From Eledone cirrhosa (lineage: Eukaryota): a DNA stretch of 64,000 nt. Positions within the stretch are counted from its first letter, which is position 1. The number at the start of each line of letters is the position of its first letter. The stretch spans positions 30,566,001-30,630,000 of the forward strand of contig OZ024753.1 of assembly GCA_964016885.1 (NCBI GenBank), in the 5' to 3' direction. Both the position numbers and the translations under genes were made by a program. The notes below the pieces were generated by a model. That model was given only the letters and a program-made list of their open reading frames with translations. It ran no database searches and was not told the DNA's origin. This document shows positions 1 through 13,800 of this stretch, one piece after another.

Positions 1-117
1 TTGCCACCAGGAAGGTGGCCGGTCAAAAAAATATACTCGAAATTAAGAGAAAGAGATAACATACATACATACATACATACATACATACATACATACATAC
101 ATACATACATACATACA

Positions 118-148
<31 letters not shown>

Positions 149-356
149 TCTCAACGCTTAAAAAGCCAAAAATTAGGTTTCGTACATTATATATATATAT
201 ATATATATATATACTACGTTAAGGTATCAAAACATATTTAATATGTATGATGATGATTATATATATATATAGAGTAATAATAATAAACGTGAAGATTAAA
301 ATCAGAAGATCCCGTTAAGAATGAAAGCAGCGATTCTTTGCTTAAACTTTAATCTG

Positions 357-391
<35 letters not shown>

Positions 392-518
392 CACACACAC
401 ACAACTTGAACCCTCTTCCTGGTGGAGGCGTACGGGAATCGTCGTCGTGACATACGGTGTGGCTTGGGCATTTGAAACTTAGTGTAGCCAATCCCTCTTC
501 AACCATATATATATATAT

Positions 519-823
519 AATAGCTTTCACCGTATTTTTGACTAAAGGAATTTTAGCCTGATAATGGGGTTTAGAACCCTCAGATAAATGGAAAAAGATG
601 AGTATTGACGTACATGGGAGTCGAACCCACATCTTTGGTTATCGCGACCACTGTGCTACCATTACACGTCAATACTCATGTACTTTAATACTCATCTTTT
701 TCCATTTATCTGAGGGTTCTAAACCCCATTATCAGGCTAAAATTCCTTTAGTCAAAAATACGGTGAAAGCTATTCTATTTTCTAATTTCAAACCTGCTCA
801 CTGTTTCAAAACATACTTACTTG
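519..823. mobile_element. Fold-back element with tRNA-like loop, in TA run
   Basis: 88-bp inverted arms 519-606 / 687-774, tail 775-823. A diverged single arm occurs at ~3403-3492 next to (TA)n. Confidence 0.75.
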
Positions 824-1683
824 ATATATATAATATATACATGATAGAAACAAACATCGTATATTATGGAACTCCCATCTCAAAATTGTTGACTGCATTG
901 TTATTTTTTGTATGATAGTAATTTAAGAAAATGTGTCAAAATTTCATAACAAAACCAGAAACATTAAATACACAAATAGAATCAAATGACGCAGTTACAA
1001 CCTACATTTGGAAAGCGAATTCCAAGAAATAAAGCAAATTAACTGACGCTATACAGCTGTCAACCCTAAAAAGCAAATTTAATAAAATAAGCCCAGGAAA
1101 TCTATTTGAAAAAATAATTGCAAATTCAATGTGAATAGATAAAATTGTATGTCTATTTGTATTTTCACAAGAGTAAATACATAACATACAATGAAGATCT
1201 GTAGAGTCAAAATACTGCAGTCATGCAATGCAATACTGCTCTTAAATACACTATGGTGCTGCTTCTTTATACACAACATTCGTAGTCCACATGCAGATAA
1301 TGGCCACATGAATGACTGGTATGAAATCACTCATGTGTTTCCAACCTCTGGGCCACGAGTATGATGTCACCTCATTCTTCCTCTTCTACCGCCACTACAA
1401 ATGATTTATAGATTTTAACTGGTATCGTCCCACCCCTATCCAGACATTATCGGTACTCTACCCTGCCTTGCACCCATATTCTGTCTAAATTTATAAACCC
1501 CGAATTAACAACTATGCTCCATTCTTTCTCTCCGGAACATCGGCTTTCTCAAATTCCTTCTACAAATGCCTTTTTGACAATCGACAACTTGTCATAGTTT
1601 AATCATACCATAACAACCTCGATCACACAAGTCGGGGTGTTCTGTGAAGGCCATAAATAGAGCCTCTTCTACACTAATCTAAT

Positions 1684-1875
1684 AATTGTTTCTACTTTTG
1701 GCACAAGGCCAGCAATTAACCCAGTGCATTACTGGTATTTTATTTTATCGACCCCGTAAGGATGAAAGGCAAATTTAACCTCGGCGGGATTTGAACTCAA
1801 AATGGCAAGGGCCGTAACTCTATGCGTCAAAACATGGCGTCCGACCCTCTACTGATACTGCCAAACCACCGCCCC
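1684..1875 (-). mobile_element. SINE family A (tRNA-derived head, Nin-like central domain)
   Basis: B-box GAGTTCAAATCCC and core GCCTTTCATCCTTACGGGGTCGATAAAAT...GTACCAG. Further copies at ~2368-2462, 5968-6158, 10612-10820, 45935-46140, 46535-46605, 62185-62320. Confidence 0.8.
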
Positions 1876-3188
1876 TAAACTAATAATAAAGACAAACAAG
1901 TATGGTCTTCTAGTAAGAGCTACAAGAAATTTAATCGTAAATGTACGCTCGCAACTAAAGACGACCCATCGAAATACCCAGGGTGAAACAACTGGGTGGA
2001 AGAAGCCCAGCTGCACTAGAACTAGTTTAAAGCTAAAGACTGTCCCAAGCGGGGAGGTTCATCAGAACGGAGCTTATCCCGATTTCATTGACCTAAACAC
2101 TCTACACCGCTGGATGAGACACCGATCTATTTCAAGTTTAACCCCAGCCTGCTACAGCTTGACACAGACATCCAAGTGCTTGTTTTAGGGATCCATCACC
2201 CAAGAGTCACTCACCACCCAAAAAGAAAAATAGAAAGAAGAAAATAAAAGGCCTTGACACCTCACGGCAAACAGGAATGTTTTCCCTGAACAGATACGAC
2301 GGAAACATCTTCCATTGGAGTGGTGTCTATCTCGTCACAACAACGCAATATTACAGTCACTACACTACCGAGGTTAACTTTGCCTTTCATCCTTACGAGG
2401 TCGATAAAATAAAGTACCAGTAATGTACTGGGTAATTGCTGGCCTTGTGCCTAAAGTAGAAACAATATTACAGTCACTACACATACTATTATTACACTCA
2501 GACATCCAAAACACGAAGAACACACAATTAAAACACTAAACGCCGCTAACAATTTCAGGCTCCAGTCTCATCAAGAAGAAAAAGAGAATGAATAAGATGT
2601 TTCAATCAAAAATAGTTTTGTTGCGACTTGTCTAAATTAGTTACTCATCAAACAGTATATATATACTCTATATACAAGCGTTTTGGGTTGTTGTTTTTTT
2701 TGCAACCAAATCAGAATAATTATTAAAGCAATAAAACCAACCATGACACTAACACAGCTATTAACAATATTTTGACTGCTTGTTTTTGTATCTAATAATC
2801 TAACATAAAGTGACATCCCGCCCCCACAAATAGAGAATAAAACAAGAACAGTATAAATCTAGAAAAGAAGTCTTATTGTCAATAACAATTTAAAGAGATA
2901 AATTTGAGATACAGGTTAAGAAATGAAGAGGGAGGAAAGGAGGGAGACGGAGAGAGAGAGGGGGTATGTGTATATATAATGGGGGGGGGGGGGGTACTAG
3001 GCTGCATAATGAAAGAAATCATTATAATGAAAAAGAAAGTGTTTTCTCTTTTGCACCGAACGAACGTTATGATTCAATTTACCACGACATACATACTAAT
3101 AAGATATTACTAAGTAGATTTGTATATTATATTATATTATAATATAATATATTATATATATATATACATACATATATACATAATTCTA

Positions 3189-3263
<75 letters not shown>

Positions 3264-3486
3264 CATTCTATTACATTGTTCCCCTATGTTATTTTCTCTT
3301 GTTGACGTTTATATCTATTTATCTCGCTCTCTTTCGCTCGCTCGCTCTCTCTCTCACTCACTCACTCTCACTCTCTCTCTCTCATATATATGTAATATAT
3401 ATATTCATCTTTTTCCATTTCTAAGAGGGTTGTAAACCCAACTATCAGGCTAAAATTTCTTGAATCAAAAATATGGCGAAAGCTTC

Positions 3487-3550
<64 letters not shown>

Positions 3551-4359
3551 CTTCTACCCCACAGTACTGTCCCTTGACTTGCCAGTATTAGAGTCTGTAC
3601 AACATATGTTTGTCGGCCATTGAAATGTAAACACCTCATCAATGGTAGGTATATTTAGAACAAAAACAAACTGATGTCTGTTATTCCATACGTTTGACAA
3701 CGTATGGAATAACTCTGATGTATTTGAAATGTGCATAATGGGATGATGTAATGAAGTATACTATTGTTGAATATGTGATACCGTCTCTCTTCTTGTTCTT
3801 AACACACACACACACACACACACACATACACACACACACACACACACACGTGTGTGTGTGCCTGTGTGAGGGTGTGAGAGTGTGTGTGTCTACTCGCGTC
3901 CATTAGATCGTCTAATTGCCTTCAAAGCCGTTCCCAGTGAGACTGCAACTTTAATTTTTGGTTCTTCTTATTGTCACGACAGAAAAAAAAAAAAAAAAAT
4001 CTACGTATTTCTGACATTCACTATTTTAAATATTTGATGTCCTTTGATATTTAAAAACTAAAGAATGTTTTCTTTGCGTAATTTTTTTTAGACTAGTCAT
4101 AATTCTGATGCTGTTTTAGATGAAGAGAAATTCTTATGAAAATAATAAAAAATAAAATCAACTCGAATAACGTCTTGAGAATTATTTCTTAATTTCACTG
4201 ATTTATTAAATTTTTCAACAGTCTCTTTTGTTTATTTGCGACATACTGTTTGTTTGTGTGTAAAAACACGTATCTGTTTATCTGTGGAACGGTAGGTAGA
4301 CTTAATTGTATGTTTAATTATTTTGGAAGAAAATTGAATAATTTACAAAGAGGATTGTC

Positions 4360-4585
4360 TGAAAGCGTATATAACCATTAGCAGTAGAGTCTTCTGGTGT
4401 CCTTTGGCCCTAGGACCACCCCCTTACTTACTACCATCGACAGGGAGTTGGCTACCCGCAGGTATAAGACTCGTAAGCTGAAATGGCCCTTCCAATGTAT
4501 CTCCTTTACAATCGACCGGGGAAAGGCCTTTTCTATTCTGTTCGCCGGGGCGGCCAGTGCGTGGACCCCTATTTGCTTATAATAG
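4360..4585 (+). pseudogene. 3' fragment of a CRE-like non-LTR retrotransposon (restriction-like endonuclease end)
   Basis: Across frameshifts reads AVESSGV/FGPRT..LL..I...LA......KW.FQCISFTIDRGKAFSIL, resembling the AVETxGxxG...QRxSxAIQRGNAxxIL terminus. Confidence 0.55.
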
Positions 4586-4957
4586 TGAGAGATGAGGAAA
4601 ATGTGAAAGACGAAGGCAGTGATTGAAAGTCAGAGAACATCAACTCTTATTTACTGATGTATTTATTTGTATTGATCTGTGAGAGAGAATTATATAACCA
4701 AGTAGATAGTAGAATATTTTGCAGCAGTAAATCTTTGGGATTTTGAGTATTGAGTAGACGGGTCGAGTAGCTTGTATCTGGGCAGATAATGAAGTGGACA
4801 ATGACGTAAGAAACTCGTGGTTCCAGCTTTCACCTTCGCTACTCCTCGTTCTCTACTCCTTACCCACACCCCCTAGAGTCAATCTCACCCCAACACATAT
4901 TATGTAAGAAACAATATCATTATAATTGTTATTATACATTGTGTGTATGTGTGTGTG

Positions 4958-5027
<70 letters not shown>

Positions 5028-5032
<5 letters not shown>

Positions 5033-5274
5033 AAATTGAGGTTGGTAATGGCACATGGAATATATGAGACAGAATACTTTTTTGTGAAAAAACATATAAT
5101 TTTATAACGTAAGGAAAGAATAAAGGGTATAATTTTTTATACCCTTTATTCTTTCCTTACCTTATAAAATTATATGTTTTTTCACAAAAAAGTATTCTGT
5201 CTCTTATATATTCCATGTGCCATTACCAACCTCAATTTTCTCTATAACCTTCGTTTTGTGTAGAAACTTACACT

Positions 5275-5279
<5 letters not shown>
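5028..5279. mobile_element. Fold-back element with tail between microsatellites
   Basis: Arms 5028-5132 / 5137-5243 with few mismatches, tail to 5279, then (TA)n. No hammerhead core seen. Confidence 0.7.
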
Positions 5280-5316
<37 letters not shown>

Positions 5317-6283
5317 TCGATCGACTTTCGTCAAATCGGACCGAGGAAACAATGTTTCCGTTGGTCTTTCCAATTGCTAATACTATCTATCGGTCGCAAC
5401 TCCAGGTAGAAGGAGCAACGTGAAATAAAGTGTCTTGCTCAAGGACATAACGCATCACCTGGTCCAGGAATCGAACTCACAAGCTCACGATTATATATAT
5501 ATATATATGTGTGTGTGTTATAAATAAGCCTATGTGGCATGTGTGTATGTATGTCTGGGTAAGTCTATATTAAGCAGATATCACTGCTGAAACATATTTG
5601 TAAACATCTATGGGGAGTGAAGTCCATTCAAGTTTTCAGTTGGTAATAATGGAGAACGATGAATCAAATAAATAAATATATAAACAAAAATTCACTCGTT
5701 AAACGTTGGCGCCTTAACAATTATATTATGCCTCATGCCACGTTTATCGCCATTCATCACTAATAATGAACACTTTTAAATGATAGTCATACACATATAC
5801 ACACATATATTCATATATCTGAATGCATTCGAATTTACAAGGATAAATACCGCCCCGCCATATATACGTACGTATGTATTTACACACACGTACGTATGTA
5901 TTTACGTACTCATGCTTATCTACATATATATATACACATAAGATAATTAAATATATATATATATATATAATTGTTTCTACTATTGGCACAAGGTCAGCAA
6001 TTACCCAGTACATTACTGGTACTTTATTTTCTCGACCCCTTAAGGATGAAAGGCAAAGTTAACTGCGCGGGATTTGAACTCAGTATGGCAAGGGCCGTAA
6101 CTCTATGCGTCAAAGCAAGGCGTCCGGCCCTCTACCGATACTGCCAATTCACCACCCTTATATATATATATATATATCTATATATATATATATGCATATA
6201 CATAAGCATATATTGAAAATATATATAAGAAAAATCATGTAAACATATATATCAACTTATATACGGGCACACATGATCACACA

Positions 6284-6336
<53 letters not shown>

Positions 6337-7120
6337 TGTCTGTCTGTTTGCATTGTATGAGTAGATCATTTGTCAAATTCTACAAGTATATGAATGTGAT
6401 TATAGTTAAAATGATTGGTCTTTTGAATATCCGAAGCCACTTAGTAACTAAATATAATCTGTGAGATAAGATATTTGGCTGACGTTTTCTTTTTTCAAAC
6501 TTTGTCATGAAATGCATTATACTTGATGTCAAGAATAAAACATACATATAATGAAGTTGAACTATATTTTCCTCAATTTGGCTATTGAGTTTTCCTAAGT
6601 AATCTCAAGCTATCTAGTCAATTTGATAGATCTCATATTAACACGGCACATTAGAACATTGGGTGAAGTATTAAGCATAATTCACTGTGTTATTTAGTAA
6701 CATATCTGTAACTTTTGAGTTGAAATTTAAAGGTGGTTGATAAAATAATGAATTAAAAAGTACTGGAGACGATACTTCCATTTAATTTGTATTTATAAAC
6801 CAGCATTTGGAAAGAGAATATCTGTGAAATAGTTTGTCAGAATTGGTACAGACACGAACAAAAGACTTTGTGTGATTAGCTGTGTTTTATGTTTGGATCA
6901 AATAAGGTCGACTTTTCATCCTCCCCGACTTTGTAAAAACCAGCATGTGGAGAAATGGGGTTCATATATCGACTTTTCTTACCCTCAATATTTATGGCCT
7001 TAAGCATATTCTTAATAAAATTAATCTGAACAAATGGTATTTCAACACTGGATCTACTGTTGTTGAGAAGTTAAGGAAACATTTTATTTCAAAGCGATTC
7101 AAACGTTTTGAAGAAACATT

Positions 7121-7555
7121 ATTTCTATAGTGGGTGAATTGGCGGTGGATTGGCAGTATCGGTAGAGGGTCGGACGCCATGCTTTGACGCATAGAGTTAC
7201 GGCCCTTGCCATTCTGAGTTCAAATCCCGCCGAGATTAACTTTGCCTTTCATCCTTACGGGGTCGATAAAATAAAAGTACCAGTAATACACTGGGTATTT
7301 GCTGGCCTTGTGCCAAAAGTAGAAACAATTATTTCTATAGTGGGTGAATTGGCGGTGGATTGGCAGTATCGGTAGAGGGTCGGACGCCATGCTTTGACGC
7401 ATAGAGTTACGGCCCTTGCCATTCTGAGTTCAAATCCCGCCGAGGTTAACTTTGCCTTTCATCCTTACGGGGTCAATAAAATAAAAGTACCAGTAATACA
7501 CTGGGTAATTGCTGGTCTTGTGCCAAAAGTAGAAACAATTATTTCTATAGTGGGT
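7121..7555 (+). mobile_element. Head-to-tail dimer of SINE A (210-bp period)
   Basis: ATTTCTATAGTGGGT at 7121, 7331 and 7541 bounds two near-identical copies. Confidence 0.85.
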
Positions 7556-8535
7556 AGTAGTATTATATATTGTCACTTTGAAAACACAGTGAAGAAATCT
7601 GAACAAATGGTATTTCAACACTCGATGTACTGTTGGTGAGAGGTTGCTGAGCTGGCTTTCTTTCAATACTGGACATACGAATGTATATTGTAGCTATATG
7701 TTTGTTGTCTGCACTTGGTCATTGTAATTCTAAAGCTGGAGTGGGGCGACAGATGCACATGTGGGTGTATGTACGTATGAATGTGTATGTATGTATGTAT
7801 GTTTTTGTTTGAGTCTGTGTGGGTACGTATGCGTGCATGAGGGTATGTGCAGGTGTTTGAGTGTGTCTGTGTCGATATATATATGTCTATACATATGCTT
7901 GTGTATATGTGTGAGTATGTGTGTGCGTATGTATGTGTATATCTAGGTATATGTGTATATGTATGAGGATTTTGTGTATATGTGTATACATATGCTTGTG
8001 TATATGTGTGAGTATGTGTGTGCGTATGTATGTGTATATCTAGGTATATGTGTATATGTATGAGGATTTTGTGTATATGTGTGAGTATGTGTGTGCGTAT
8101 GTATGTGTATATCTAGGTATATGTGTATATGTATGATGATTTTGTGTATATGTGTATACATATGCTTGTGTATATGTGTGAGTATGTGTGTGCGTATGTT
8201 TGTGTATATCTAGGTATATGTATATATCTGTATATTTATATGTATATACGTATGATGCTTGTGTGTGTGTGTATGTATGTATGTATGAATGTGTGTCGTT
8301 TTGATTTAATTTTGGTGTTGCAGTGGTTCTGATACATAGAAGAGAACTGACTCTTCTGTGGCAATAAAAAACCTTTCTTTAAGCTATCTGTTAATAGGTG
8401 GTCCCCATATCCTCTTCAACTTGTGGCACGTTGACCAAGCAAGCGCCTTTTTCTCCTGAACATTTTGATGACAATGTAACGATGTTTTAGAGTAAGTCAG
8501 TTCTGACAAGAGGAATATACTGCAAAACATCAGTA

Positions 8536-8798
8536 AACAACATATACTTAAAACAATAACAACATATAAACAATAACAATAACAACATATACTTAAAACA
8601 ATAACAACATATAAACAATAACAATAACAACATATACTTAAAACAATAACAACATATAAACAAAAACAATAACAACATATACTTAAAACAATAACAACAT
8701 ATAAACAATAACAATATATACTTAAAACAATAACAACATATAAACAAAAACAATAACAACATATAAACAAAAACAATAACAACATATACTTAAAACAA
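8536..8798. repeat. A/C-rich minisatellite
   Basis: Repeats of AACAACATATACTTAAAACAATAACAACATATAAACAAT. Confidence 0.85.
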
Positions 8799-9155
8799 CT
8801 AGAGAATCGTTTAAAATATATCGAGGCATCAAAAATGTGGAGATTGGTGTTAAAAAGTATAACAACAATATCCACAAATATTGTTCGTGGTAATATGAAA
8901 ATACCATCGATATTCTGACAGGGAAAATATAGACATGTATTTTATGCATGCATTTAAATCTCTCTCTCTCTCTCTCTTTCTCTCTTTCTCTCTTTCTCTC
9001 TTTTCTCTCCCTCTCTCTTTTTGTCTCTTTTCTCCCTCTCTCTTTCTCCCTCTCTCTATGAACAAAGATTATAATTATTGCATTTAATAAATATATTACT
9101 GCTTTGTTAGACATCATATTGAGCTTTACATTTTCTTTCTTTATATGGTTGTATG

Positions 9156-9206
<51 letters not shown>

Positions 9207-9460
9207 AGTGTGCCAAATACCATAATTTGGTAATCCTCGCATGTCTTCTTCATAAACGTTTCTCTAACACAAAAACTCCACACTGTACCGTCCTGTGCCG
9301 TCTTCTTAATGTAAGTCCTATGTGGCTAATAAAGAAGCCACATTACATTGGAGGACTGTCTATAAAATAATATGTTTATACACAAAACACAGATTGAGAT
9401 TGGTTATAAATTGAACACACGAAACACAAATACTTTAAAATATATATTTGAGTCTGAAGC

Positions 9461-9491
<31 letters not shown>

Positions 9492-9983
9492 ACAGCAACA
9501 ATAGCAGTAGTAGTAATAGTAGTAGTAATAGCATTATTATTATTAGTAGTAGTAGTAGTCGTAGTAGTTTTCAAACATTTGCTCAAGAGAGACCTTACTG
9601 GCATTTGTTTCTTATTTAGCTAAGCAAAAACTATATGCAATTGCCTTTCTCAAGTGATGGACATCCTACGGTTTCTGCAAATAAAGCACTAAAGAAAAGA
9701 ATCTTTAACAAAAATATAAGTATTACTTATGTCATATAAAAAGTTATTTCTTTCATCGATCTTGGGAAAACTGTTATAAATAATTCAAGTAATACAATCG
9801 TGACCTACCACAAAGATGCGCGCGCACACACACACACACACACACGTGTATATGTATATATGACTATGTATATATAGACATTGTCATATATGTATGCACA
9901 CGCACACTCATATATGCATGCACACACACATTAAGAACCATACATTATATATATATATATAATCATATATGCGCGCGCGCAAC

Positions 9984-10019
<36 letters not shown>

Positions 10020-10888
10020 TACATACATACATACATACATACATACATACATACATACATACATACATACATACATACATACATACATACATACATACAT
10101 ACATACATACATACATACATACATACATACATACATACATACATACATACATACATACATACATACATACATACATACTTACATACATATAAAGTCATTT
10201 AATTTTAGAGAAATTGTCTTATCTAAATTCAGAAAATGAGATTTCCATTTTGTTCAAGGAAACCCAGATGCAATAAAATATGAGACACTTCAGTTGTGCC
10301 AAGTTGTCCTCAGACATTCTCTACAAATCAATATCCAGAAGCGAAAAGAAACAATTGAGTTTCATCTTGAATATTCGATTTCCATGAAGAAAACAGAAGA
10401 TTATCGATTAATTAAGATGTTTCTTCACATCTGAAGATTACCTCCAAAAGTATTTACATTCGCTACCAGGAATGCTAAGAGCTGCATTTTTTCATACAGT
10501 ATTTTTAGAATATTTCCATTTTAGATATTTGAAATTTTATCTCACGTGTTTCATTGTAGCTATTATCTTTATTATCAAAGAGACAGATTGCTGGATAAGG
10601 GTATCAATAGATTGGCAATATAAGCAGAGCGTTGGACAACATGCTTTGCGGCATATATCATAGTTCTGAGTTCAAATCTCGGCCGGGTTAGCTTTGCTTT
10701 TCATCCTTACAGCATCGATAAGATTAAGTACCAGTAGCGCGCTAGGGTTGATTTAATCGACCCCCCCCCCCCCCCCAAAAAAAAAATTGTTGACCTTGTG
10801 ACTAAATTAGAAACCATTGTCACAAATGAACAGAGAAATAACTGGAGGTGTTAGATAGAAGAACAACGAAGGTGGTGACAATATAGTC

Positions 10889-13800
10889 TTACAGCCATTG
10901 ACAGACTATAGAGATACGTGGGCTGTTACAGCTACTGACAGACTAGAGAGATAAGTGGGCTGTTACAGCCACTGACAGACTAGAGAGATAAGTGGGCTGT
11001 TACAGCCACTGACAGACTATAGAGATACGTGGGCTGTTACAGTTACTGACAGACTATAGAGATACGTGGGCTGTTACAGCTACTGACAGACTATAGAGAT
11101 AAGTCGGCTGTTACAGCCACTGACAGACTATAGAGATACGTGGGCTGTTACAGCCATTGACAGACTATAGAGATACGTGGGCTGTTACAGCTACTGACAG
11201 ACTATAGAGATAAGTGGGCTGTTACAGCCACTGACAGACTATAGAGATACGTGGGCTGTTACAGCCATTGACAGACTATAGAGATACGTGGGCTGTTACA
11301 GCCATTGACAGACTATAGAGATACGTGGGCTGTTACAGCCACTGACAGACTATAGAGATACGTGGGCTGTTACAGCCATTGACAGACTATAGAGATACGT
11401 GGGATGTTACAGCTACTGACAGACTATAGAGATACGTGGGCTGTTACAGCTACTGACAGACTATAGAGATACGTGGGCTGTTACAGTTACTGACAGACTA
11501 TAGAGATACGTGGGCTGTTACAGTTACTGACAGACTATAGAGATACGTGGGCTGTTACAGCCACTGACAGACTATAGAGATACGTGGGCTGTTATAGTTA
11601 CTGACAGACTATAGAGATACGTGGGCTGTTACAGCCACTGACATACTATAGAGATACGTGGGCTGTTACAGTTTCTGACAGACTATAGAGATACGTGGGC
11701 TGTTACAGCCATTGACAGACTATAGAGATAAGTGGGCTGTTACAGCTACTGACAGACTATAGAGATACGTGGGCTGTTACAGTTACTGACAGACTATAGA
11801 GATAAGTGGGCTGTTACAGATACTGACAGACTATAGAGATAAGTGGGCTGTTACAGCTACTGACAGACTATAGAGATAAGTGGGCTGTTACAGCCACTGA
11901 CAGACTATAGAGATACGTGGGCTGTTACAGCCATTGACAGACTATAGAGATACGTGGGCTGTTACAGCCATTGACAGACTATAGAGATACGTGGGCTGTT
12001 ACAGCCACTGACAGACTATAGAGATACGTGGGCTGTTACAGCCATTGACAGACTATAGAGATACGTGGGATGTTACAGCTACTGACAGACTATAGAGATA
12101 CGTGGGCTGTTACAGCTACTGACAGACTATAGAGATACGTGGGCTGTTACAGTTACTGACAGACTATAGAGATACGTGGGATGTTACAGCTACTGACAGA
12201 CTATAGAGATACGTGGGATGTTACAGCTACTGACAGACTATAGAGATACGTGGGCTGTTACAGCCACTAACAGACTATAGAGATACGTGGGCTGTTACAG
12301 CCACTGACAGACTATAGAGATATGTGGGCTGTTACAGCCACTGACAGACTATAGAGATACGTGGTCTGTTACAGCTACTGACAGACTATAGAGATACGTG
12401 GGCTGTTACAGTTACTGACAGACTATAGAGATACGTGGGCTGTTACAGCCATTGACAGACTATAGAGATACGTGGGCTGTTACAGCCACTGACAGACTAT
12501 AGAGATAGTGGGATGTTACAGCTACTAACAGACTATAGAGATACGTGGGCTGTTACAGTTACTGACAGACTATAGAGATACGTGGGCTGTTACAGCCACT
12601 GACAGACTATAGAGATAGGTGGGCTGTTACAGCCACTGACAGACTATAGATACGTGGGCTGTTACAGCCCCTGACAGACTATAGAGATACGTGGTCTGTT
12701 ACAGCTACTGACAGACTATAGAGATACCTGGGCTGTTACAGTTACTGACAGACTATAGAGATACGTGGGCTGTTACAGCCATTGACAGACTATAGAGATA
12801 CGTGGGCTGCTACAGCCTCTGACAGACTATAGAGATAGTGGGATGTTACAGCCACTGACAGACTATAGAGATACGTGGGCTGTTACAGCCATTGACAGAC
12901 TATAGAGATACGTGGGCTGTTACAGCTACTGACAGACTATAGAAATACGTGGGCTGTTACAGCTACTGACAGACTATAGAAAGACGTGGGCTGTTACAGC
13001 TACTGACAGAATATAGAGATACGTGGGCTGTTAGAGTTACTGACAGACTATAGAGATACGTGGGCTGTTACAGCCATTAATAGACTATAGAGATACGTGG
13101 GCTGTTACAGCTACTGACAGACTATAGAAAGACGTGGGCTGTTACAGCTACTGACAGACTATAGAAAGACGTGGGCTGTTACAGCTACTGACAGAATATA
13201 GAGATACGTGGGCTGTTACAGCCACTGACAGACTATAGAGATACGTGGGATGTTACAGCCATTGACAGACTATAGAGATAAGTGGGCTGTTACAGCTACT
13301 GACAGACTATAGAGATACGTGGGCTGTTACAGCCACTGACAGACTATAGAGATACGTGGGCTGTTACAGCTACTGACAGACTATAGAGATAAGTGGGCTG
13401 TTACAGTTACTGACAGACTATAGAGATACGTGGGATGTTACAGCTACTGACAGACTATAGAGATACGTGGGATGTTACAGCTACTGACAGACTATAGAGA
13501 TACGTGGGCTGTTACAGCCACTAACAGACTATAGAGATACGTGGGCTGTTACAGCCACTGACAGACTATAGAGATACGTGGGCTGTTACAGCCACTGACA
13601 GACTATAGAGATACGTGGTCTGTTACAGCTACTGACAGACTATAGAGATACGTGGGCTGTTACAGTTACTGACAGACTATAGAGATACGTGGGCTGTTAC
13701 AGCCATTGACAGACTATAGAGATACGTGGGCTGTTACAGCCACTGACAGACTATAGAGATACTGGGATGTTACAACTACTGACAGACTATAGAGATACGT

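Noticed and set aside
519-774. Hammerhead in the arms of the first fold-back element
   Set aside because: CTGATAA and CTGAGGG motifs exist, but there is no matching GAAA with stems I and III.
1079-1330. Possible GPCR exon 2 (SFMWPL...LC...CSILTL)
   Set aside because: W-to-C and C-to-CS spacings do not fit ECL1/TM3, and no E/DRY motif follows.
8384-8520. Acceptor-like site followed by KKALAWSTCHKLKRIW
   Set aside because: Resembles a short decayed LINE fragment rather than a GPCR exon; too short to annotate.
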